Source of the DNA: Alphaproteobacteria bacterium
Lineage (GTDB): Bacteria; Pseudomonadota; Alphaproteobacteria; SHVV01
DNA length: 64,000 nt
Direction: 5' to 3'
Assembly: GCA_965261735.1 (NCBI GenBank)
Contig: OZ253470.1
Location: forward strand, 544,001-608,000
The position numbers and the translations under genes are program-made. The notes beneath the pieces are model-generated. The model ran no database searches. It had not been told where the DNA came from and saw nothing but the letters and a program-made list of their open reading frames with translations. This document shows positions 57,667 to 64,000 of this stretch, piece after piece (the stretch's first letter is position 1; each line of letters opens with the position of its first letter).

Positions 57667-58462
57667 GGCCGGTCTCCAGGGCTGTAAGGACGAAGATGCG
57701 TTCGGCAAGCTGGTCCTCGGCCATCACCCCGAACCCCACCGGCAGCACGCGCTTCGTCTTCGTGTCGAACAGCACGACCGCCGGGACCGGGGCGCCGCCG
57801 AGCCCGAGCTTCGCCGCGCGCCCGTTGTCCGGCACCGCCTCGGGCCAGCCCTCCAGAGGCTCGCCGCTCAGCGACACGGCCAGCACGTCGAGGCCGTGGC
57901 GCATTGCAAAGGCGCGCAAGAGCGGGCCGAACACCCGGCAGCCGGTGCAGCCGGCATGGCCGAGATAGATGAGGCCGTAACGCTCGCCGAGATTCGCGAG
58001 CGCCCGGTCGCGGGCCTGGCGGCGCTCGTCGGACCAGAGCCGCTTGGCGAGCGCGCCCACGGGGCGCTTCAGCGTGTAGTCGACCTCCGGCGTCGCCCAG
58101 ACCGTGCGCCGGAAGGCGTCGGAGAAGGTCGCGGCGCGCTGCAACGTCTCCTGCTGAAGGCGCAGATACGCGGCCACGTTTGCCGTCGTCGGCTCCAGGA
58201 TCGCCGCGGCGCGCGCTTCCTCCAGCGCGCGGCGCATCTCGCGGATGCGCTCCGTCGCCGACCGCGTGTCCGGTGCCGCCGGCGCGGGCGCCGGGTGTGC
58301 CTCCGGCGGTTCCTCCGGCCGGTCGCAGTAGAAGTGCCAGCCGAGGGACGGACCCTCGCCCGGAGCCCCACACCAGGAGCGCCATTCCGCGGCGCCCGCC
58401 ACGGAGCTGGAGACCAGCAGCGCCGCCGCCGCCGCGATGGCGTAGTTTGCGGCGCGCGCCAT
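57656..58462 (-). CDS. traF: TraF thioredoxin-like pilus assembly protein
   Basis: Signal peptide, GWHFYCD, CTGC, VS-SG. Confidence 0.9.
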   Translation of the reverse strand: MARAANYAIAAAAALLVSSSVAGAAEWRSWCGAPGEGPSLGWHFYCDRPEEPPEAHPAPAPAAPDTRSATERIREMRRALEEARAAAILEPTTANVAAYLRLQQETLQRAATFSDAFRRTVWATPEVDYTLKRPVGALAKRLWSDERRQARDRALANLGERYGLIYLGHAGCTGCRVFGPLLRAFAMRHGLDVLAVSLSGEPLEGWPEAVPDNGRAAKLGLGGAPVPAVVLFDTKTKRVLPVGFGVMAEDQLAERIFVLTALETGRDY

Positions 58463-59607
58463 CACTCGCCCCGGCTGTAGAAGTCGCGGATGCGCTCGCG
58501 CATGGCGGCGCCGGTGTCGCCCCCGTCCGGCAGCGAGATGGCGGGCTCTTTTCCCCCGTCCATCAGGTTTTCCGTGAACTCGGAGAGGTCGAGGCGCCCG
58601 AAGTCGATGCGCTCGACCTCGGCCACCGTCAGGCCGCGGCAGTCCGACCAGCCGACCCCGAGCTGGGAGCGGCCCTGCTCCTGCAGGATGCGCCCGAGCT
58701 TGGAGCCGAACACGCACCAGGCCCGCGCCCGGCGGATGCAGACCCCGAAGAAGGTGCGCTTGGCGCAGTACTTGCCGAGATAGCGGGTGTTGCCGCCGTG
58801 GCGCTCCTTGGCGAGCTCGATCTCCTCGGCGCTGCACCCCGCAAGCCCCACCAGCGCGCCCGAGTTGGTGCAGCAGTTGGCGAGCCCGAACCACCGAATC
58901 GTGCAGACGCGCCGCGCGCCCTTGAAGAAGCGCATGTCGTCCCGGTCGAACTCCTCGCCGCCCAGCTCGATCGCCATGTTGAGGCGCGACGTGGCCTCGA
59001 CGAACCCGGTGTTCGATTGCGACCGCACGGTCTCGCAGCCCGCGCCCACGCAATACCGGACCCCGCCGCAGGAGCCGCCGTCCTCCGCATCGTCGAGTGT
59101 CGCGTTGCAGTCCGCGACGCCGCCCGAGGCGAGGCCGTCCGCGCCATGGGCGGCCGACTGCGGGTTGGCGGCGATGCCGTCGCCGCGCGCCGCTTCGGGA
59201 CCGCTCGCCGACACCGGCCTCTCGGGCCTTGTCGCGGTGCCCTCGACCACCGTGCGCCCGGCCGCGCCGCCCGGATCGTCCGGACGGCTAAGCCGCTCCC
59301 GGGCCGCATCCGCCATGCCGCCCGCCGTCAGGCCGCGCTCCGGCACGTCGGTGCCCACATAGCCCGGCACCGTGCCGGTCTGCGATGCGTCCCTGGCGAT
59401 CGCGCCGGCCGCGGTCTGTCCGGCGCGGCCGATCTCCGCCGCCGCCGCCTTCGGATCCCCGGCCCGCGCCGCCTGGCCCCCCACCACCCACAGCATCAGG
59501 CAGCAGAGGACGAACATGGCGATCCAGGCGAGCAAGCGCACGACCCGGGTTGCGCGGTCGATGAGCACATCCGCCCGGCCCGGACCGGGTTCGCGTTCCA
59601 CGGTCAT
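58462..59607 (-). CDS. traN: Short TraN
   Basis: Cys-rich C-terminus NCC…G-YC…C-F-SKL-RI--EQGR-QL…C-G-T. Confidence 0.85.
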   Translation of the reverse strand: MTVEREPGPGRADVLIDRATRVVRLLAWIAMFVLCCLMLWVVGGQAARAGDPKAAAAEIGRAGQTAAGAIARDASQTGTVPGYVGTDVPERGLTAGGMADAARERLSRPDDPGGAAGRTVVEGTATRPERPVSASGPEAARGDGIAANPQSAAHGADGLASGGVADCNATLDDAEDGGSCGGVRYCVGAGCETVRSQSNTGFVEATSRLNMAIELGGEEFDRDDMRFFKGARRVCTIRWFGLANCCTNSGALVGLAGCSAEEIELAKERHGGNTRYLGKYCAKRTFFGVCIRRARAWCVFGSKLGRILQEQGRSQLGVGWSDCRGLTVAEVERIDFGRLDLSEFTENLMDGGKEPAISLPDGGDTGAAMRERIRDFYSRGE

Positions 59608-60380
59608 TCTTCACCCCTCAGCAATTCGAGATGGCGGCGGGCCACATCGCGCCCGGCGCCGCCCTCGGCGGCGATCGCCTCCAGCGCGGCCGCAAGCCCG
59701 ATGTTTCCGGTGACGCGGTCGTGGGGCGGGGCGGGGTCGTCCGAACAGCCCCGGCTCCGGCACGGCGGCACGCCCCCCGGCACCGCCACGACCGCGGGCA
59801 CGCGCGTCACGCCGAACAGGCGGAACAGGCGCGGATCGATGGCGACTCCGGCGTCGTACCCGCCGAGCCGGTCGCCGACCGCCTTCACGGTCGCGCGCAA
59901 CCCGCCTTCGCCGACGCCGCGCAGCACCAGCGGCGACCCGGTCCGGGCCGCGTCGCGCGCCCATTGCCGCCAGCTCGCCGCCGGTACCGAGAGGCTGGTG
60001 AACAGCAGGATCTCCGCCGTGCCGCCGCGCCCGGCGAGACCGCGCGCCGTGCGCGCCGCGTGGCGTTCGGCCGGAAGCGGCGCGGAGGACGGTCCCGGCG
60101 ATCCCGGAACGGTCTGCCTTGCAGCCTCGCCGGCGCGTTTCAGCGCGCGGTCGATGATCGAACGGGTCCAGTCCCCGAGCCCGCCGTCGCCCGCCTCGCG
60201 CAGGACCTCGGCGGCGAGGTCGCGCGCCGCGCGCGCTTCGGCCTCGCCCGACTTCGCCGTCGCCCGGAAATCGTCCGCCAGGGCGGGGCGGCAGCACGCG
60301 GCCAGCAACAGGGCGCAGGCGAGCCCGGCGAGGATGCGTGCCGTCGGCGCCGTTCCGCGTGGTTTCAGAGTAGGCAACAT
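59604..60380 (-). CDS. trbC: TrbC (F-type)
   Basis: FTSLSVP, LVLRG, IDPRLF--FGV--VPA, GN. Confidence 0.9.
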   Translation of the reverse strand: MLPTLKPRGTAPTARILAGLACALLLAACCRPALADDFRATAKSGEAEARAARDLAAEVLREAGDGGLGDWTRSIIDRALKRAGEAARQTVPGSPGPSSAPLPAERHAARTARGLAGRGGTAEILLFTSLSVPAASWRQWARDAARTGSPLVLRGVGEGGLRATVKAVGDRLGGYDAGVAIDPRLFRLFGVTRVPAVVAVPGGVPPCRSRGCSDDPAPPHDRVTGNIGLAAALEAIAAEGGAGRDVARRHLELLRGEE

Positions 60381-61357
60381 GTCCGTTTTCTCCACAGCAG
60401 GTAGCCGAAGCTCTCGCCCGAGACGGGGATCTCGCGGAGCGTCTCCCACAGCACCGAGGAGCGGCCCGTCGGGTTGCAGCCGGTGCGCGGCGTCGTGGCC
60501 GGGACCGGCTGGGTCATCTGCCAGCGGTACTGCGACTTCTTCATCACCGGCATCGGGTAGCGCCCGCAGAGCGCGGCGGATCCGGAAGTGCCCCAGGCGA
60601 GCCCGGCCCGGTGCAGCCGGTAGACCAGGCGTTGCGCGGCCAGGAGCGAGGCCTGCACGCCACCGACATGGGCGGCGACGTTGCCGGTCAGCGGGTACAT
60701 CCCGCCCTGGCATCCCGCGCACCAGAACATCGGATCGAGCGGCAGCCCGGCCGAGGCCGCCGCGCAGTCGGCGGCGCACGCGGCCTGCGCCGGGAGGTTG
60801 GCGAACAGCGCCGCCTCCGGGTTCAGCAGGAACGAGAGCTCGTCGTCGAGCCAGGCCGGGTCGAGCTCCGAGGTCCAGGCGATGTCGAGCGAGCCGCCCT
60901 CGAGACACCCGAGATCGATCAGCGCCCCGATCCACGAGAGCAGCGGATAGACGTAGTAGTGCGCGTGCCAGACCGAGCCCGCCGCGCCGTCGCCGCCCGA
61001 GGATCCGGTGCGGCCCCTTGCAGCGGGAAGGCCGGGATCGATGGTGAGCCCGCCCAGGTTGGGGAAGCACCAGGGTGTGCGCGTCACGTCCATCAGCCGG
61101 GCCGGCTCCCACACCCCGAGCGAGAGCCCGATGCGCGGGATCGGCGAGCCGCAGAAGCAGATCGGCGAGGACGGGTTCGGCGTGTCCGGCGCGCCCGAGG
61201 CGCTGCCCATCCGGATCGGGCCGATCGAGATCGGGAACAGGCACTCCCAGCAGACGTCCGAGATCGGGTTGACGAACCGCCCGGTGCAGGACTGCGCCGA
61301 GACCGTCCCGGCCGGAAGCGCCGCGAACAGCATGAGCGCGAACAGGAGCCGGCTCAT
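60365..61357 (-). CDS. traU: TraU
   Basis: C-GRFVNPISDVCW-CLFP, WCAGCQG, KSQYR. Confidence 0.94.
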   Translation of the reverse strand: MSRLLFALMLFAALPAGTVSAQSCTGRFVNPISDVCWECLFPISIGPIRMGSASGAPDTPNPSSPICFCGSPIPRIGLSLGVWEPARLMDVTRTPWCFPNLGGLTIDPGLPAARGRTGSSGGDGAAGSVWHAHYYVYPLLSWIGALIDLGCLEGGSLDIAWTSELDPAWLDDELSFLLNPEAALFANLPAQAACAADCAAASAGLPLDPMFWCAGCQGGMYPLTGNVAAHVGGVQASLLAAQRLVYRLHRAGLAWGTSGSAALCGRYPMPVMKKSQYRWQMTQPVPATTPRTGCNPTGRSSVLWETLREIPVSGESFGYLLWRKRTCCLL

Positions 61358-61995
61358 GGCTCGCCGTCCCTGTTCGCGAGCGGGATCTCGGTGATGCGGA
61401 GCTTCGATCCCGCCTGCTCGACCAGGCTCGGCGTTGCAGTGAGCCCGAACCGGCCCGCGAGACGCCCGCCCTGGTCGAAGAAGAAGGGACGTCCTTCGGC
61501 GCGGGCGATGTCGAGCGGCCGCCCGGCGAGCAGGACGATCTTCGCGGGACCCGCGTGCGCGAGCGCCCAGGCGATTTCGACCTTGCGCCGTCCGTCGATG
61601 AACAGGAGATCGCGGGCGAGCGTCATGCCGGCCAGCGGGTCGATACGCGTGCCGGCCGCCGCGATGAGGGTGCCGTCCGGAGAGCGGATATCGCGGTCGA
61701 CGACGATCGCCGGATCGAACAGGCGCGAACGGCGTTCCCGCGCCGGCGCGATCCCCGCGACCGGGTCCGGCGCCTCCAGCCGCGACCGGACACGGGCGCG
61801 AGCCTCCGCCTCCAGGCGCGCCAGCTCGCCCGACTCCCGCATCTCCGACAACCGGCCCTCGATCTGTTCGAGCAGGTCCGGCTCTGCAACCGGCCAGGTC
61901 TGGCCGCGCACGCCGAGGTCCGCCGCCGGCACGGCGGCCGGAGCGGCCACGACCGTCAGGACCGCGGCCGCGAGGATGGCGGCGCAGCGCGTCAT
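61354..61995 (-). CDS. traW: TraW
   Basis: DLGV-G-TWPVAEPD, FDP, FFDQGG-L. Confidence 0.92.
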   Translation of the reverse strand: MTRCAAILAAAVLTVVAAPAAVPAADLGVRGQTWPVAEPDLLEQIEGRLSEMRESGELARLEAEARARVRSRLEAPDPVAGIAPARERRSRLFDPAIVVDRDIRSPDGTLIAAAGTRIDPLAGMTLARDLLFIDGRRKVEIAWALAHAGPAKIVLLAGRPLDIARAEGRPFFFDQGGRLAGRFGLTATPSLVEQAGSKLRITEIPLANRDGEP

Positions 61996-62513
61996 CGCCC
62001 GTCCTCCGGTCCGACCAGCGGCCCTTCGAGGCCGAGCCAGGGGAGGTCCGGCAGCGCCACGGCAAAGGCCGCGATGCGATTGCGCGGCACGAGCCCGATC
62101 TCCGCATAGCGGCTGTCGTGGCTGTCGACGTGACCGCCGTGCAGGTAGTAGTGGCCGGTCGGCACGGTGCCGGGCGCGATGGAGTCCAGCGCCCGCCCGT
62201 CGAGGGCGCGGGGTTTGGCGATACCGAGCCGGACGCCGCCGACCGTCACCAGACCGTCCGCATCGACTTCGACGGCCATGCCCGGCAGGCCGCGCACGGT
62301 CTTCAGATACGGCACCGTGGCGCCCAGCGCCTCCGGCGGCTCGAACACCACCGCGTCGCCGATCTCCGGCGGGCCGATCAGCGGCAGCGCGAGATAGCCC
62401 CAGGCCCCGTCCGACCAGCTTGCGTTGACATGCACGCGCGACGCGGCGAGCAGCCAGAACGCCGCCAGCGCGGCCATCGCCGCAAGCCCGGCATGCCGGC
62501 GCCGCGCGGTCAT
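61992..62513 (-). CDS. S26 conjugative signal peptidase (TrhF-like)
   Basis: N-S-S, K-V-GLPG, S-DSRY--IG. Confidence 0.85.
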   Translation of the reverse strand: MTARRRHAGLAAMAALAAFWLLAASRVHVNASWSDGAWGYLALPLIGPPEIGDAVVFEPPEALGATVPYLKTVRGLPGMAVEVDADGLVTVGGVRLGIAKPRALDGRALDSIAPGTVPTGHYYLHGGHVDSHDSRYAEIGLVPRNRIAAFAVALPDLPWLGLEGPLVGPEDGR

Positions 62514-62944
62514 GGCCCTGCCTCATCCGCGCCATCCGCATCGCCCGGGCGGGATGCAGCCAGCGCCGCCTCCAGCGCCGCCTCGACATGCGCGCTCATG
62601 TCCGGCGCCCCGGCGGCGACGGCACGGGCGGGCAGCAGCACCACGCCCTCGCGTTCCGCCACCATGGCCAGCGCACTCTCCAGCGCCGCGGCCCAGGCGC
62701 GCGCATCCGCCGCCGCATCCGCCGCCGTCGACTCCGTCCCGGCCGCCTCGACGGCCCAGGCGGCGGCGATCTCGCCGAGCCGCACGCTCGCGATCGCCGG
62801 CGCCTCCGGGGCGGAGAAGCGGACCGTCGCGGCCGAGACCGCCGCCGCCACCGCGCCCGAGAGCAGCACGGCCGACAGCATCACCGGCCAGGCGCCCGCG
62901 TCACGACGGGCCTCGCCGGGGACGTTCCCCTCTCCGCGCGCCAT
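62510..62944 (-). CDS. trbI: TrbI-like protein
   Basis: N-terminal TM, AV-AGAPD-S C-terminus, synteny. Confidence 0.65.
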   Translation of the reverse strand: MARGEGNVPGEARRDAGAWPVMLSAVLLSGAVAAAVSAATVRFSAPEAPAIASVRLGEIAAAWAVEAAGTESTAADAAADARAWAAALESALAMVAEREGVVLLPARAVAAGAPDMSAHVEAALEAALAASRPGDADGADEAGP

Positions 62945-62945
62945 C

Positions 62946-63617
62946 TCAGGCCCCCGCCGCATCCGGCGTGCCGGCCTCGCCGGCCTTCCCCGACGTCTTC
63001 CCGCCCGGGTCCCCAACCGGGGGGCGGTCCCCGGCGAGCGCCCGGAACCGGGCCAGCCAGGCCTGCGCCGCGCGCTCGGGCGCGATGCTGCGGATGCGGC
63101 GCTTCAGCGGCGGGAACGCGATCCCGGAATTGGCGGACGCCTCGTCCCCGAGCAGGTCGCGGCTCTCCGCCGCGGCCGCCATGCGGCCGACGAAGCGCAG
63201 CACCTCCGCCTGCTCCTCGTCGAGCGCCGCGCTTAAGCCCGCCGCCTCGCGCACCGCGGCCTCGATGCCGGCCGCGAGGCGCGCCGTGCGGTCGGCGGCC
63301 CGGGCCGAGACCGTCCATTCGCCGCGGAACCAGGCGGACGCGGCGCCCGAGACCAGCGCGTGCAGCGCCAGCGTGCGCCGGTCCTCCTCCGAAAGCCCGC
63401 CCAGCGCCCCGATCTCCTCGCTCACGATCACCGCATGCGCCGCCAGCGAGTGGTAGTGCCGCATCCGCCCGCCCCGGCGGCAGCAGTTGGCGAGCACGTG
63501 GGCCAGCGCCTCGAAGTCGATATCCGTGACCGTCACGGTCTCCGGGTCGTCGGGCCAGGCGAGCGCGGCCTCGCCGGTCGCGCCCGGCCCGCTGCGGTCT
63601 CCTCGTTTCGATGTCAT
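62946..63617 (-). CDS. HD-fold (YfbR-like) protein with degenerate HD motif
   Basis: D----AH-LAN-CR--G…HSLAAH present, but LVSGAASAW replaces LHDA-EAY. Confidence 0.6.
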   Translation of the reverse strand: MTSKRGDRSGPGATGEAALAWPDDPETVTVTDIDFEALAHVLANCCRRGGRMRHYHSLAAHAVIVSEEIGALGGLSEEDRRTLALHALVSGAASAWFRGEWTVSARAADRTARLAAGIEAAVREAAGLSAALDEEQAEVLRFVGRMAAAAESRDLLGDEASANSGIAFPPLKRRIRSIAPERAAQAWLARFRALAGDRPPVGDPGGKTSGKAGEAGTPDAAGA

Positions 63618-64000
63618 GCGCCGTCTCCCTTCCCGTGCGTGGTCGTTTCTTCGCGTTCCGGAGCCGTGCTCCCGGCGATCCGGTCGATGGCCTCCACCGT
63701 GGTGAGCCCCTCCGCCTTGAGGGTCTCGACGGCGGCGAAGGCGGGGCCGCGCGAGGAGAACAGCGCCGCCGACCATCGATCGAGCACGAGGCGCGCGACG
63801 CGCCAGCCGTCCGGGCCGTGCAGCACCAGCTCGGCATAGCGCCCGTCGGCGGTGGTGAGACTCTTCAAGGCCCGCTCCATGCCGGGATCGCAGTGGATGC
63901 GCTTCTCGGCCTTCAGCAGCTCGACGGACTCGTCCTTCTGCGCCAGGAAGATCACCCAGTCCGAGTTCTCCCAGGCCGCCCGCGCGGCGGGATTGGCGTA
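63614..64000 (-). CDS. traC: TraC (VirB4) ATPase, C-terminal part
   Basis: AWENSDW--FLAQ, RLVLD--S--LFSS; synteny. Confidence 0.85.
   Translation of the reverse strand, partial: YANPAARAAWENSDWVIFLAQKDESVELLKAEKRIHCDPGMERALKSLTTADGRYAELVLHGPDGWRVARLVLDRWSAALFSSRGPAFAAVETLKAEGLTTVEAIDRIAGSTAPEREETTTHGKGDGA

Noticed and set aside
16000-64000. Many long overlapping ORFs (e.g. 20272-22893 -, 27190-29541 -, 50026-52800 +, 58180-61047 +)
   Set aside because: Antisense or frameshifted shadows of real genes in very GC-rich DNA; low complexity and no motifs.

Overview
About 64 kb from a large, GC-rich conjugative element (ICE or plasmid) with an F-type T4SS and a MOBF relaxase. The window has five zones. 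(1) 1-3.6 kb: a tyrosine integrase broken twice, once by an IS1595-family passenger transposon that itself carries a second IS1595 (8-bp TSD), and once at its HDLRHS motif. (2) 3.7-6.4 kb: a group II twintron, in which an RT-encoding intron sits between DV and DVI of an ORF-deleted intron. (3) 6.7-15.7 kb: a lower-GC cargo island with a truncated HNH gene and a four-gene candidate defence system: deviant SMC/ABC ATPase, wHTH-like adaptor split by IS1182, PD-(D/E)xK nuclease and a convergent SPPY DNA methyltransferase. (4) 15.9-40.2 kb: a mostly co-oriented leading region (MoxR/DUF3150-like/vWA, ParB-like, GHKL ATPase, strawberry-notch MTase-helicase, RadC, SLOG proteins, SSB, AlkB, Toprim, DUF4326) with ssDNA-type hairpins, ending at a recognisable MOBF nic site at 41114/41115. 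(5) 41.2-64 kb: a palindrome array, an RHH-like gene, defence-like cargo (Abi_C/HEPN, HD-CE+HSP90), then traI, traD, ssb, traG, traH, traF, traN, trbC, traU, traW, peptidase, trbI and traC. All calls come from reading motifs by eye; no searches were run.
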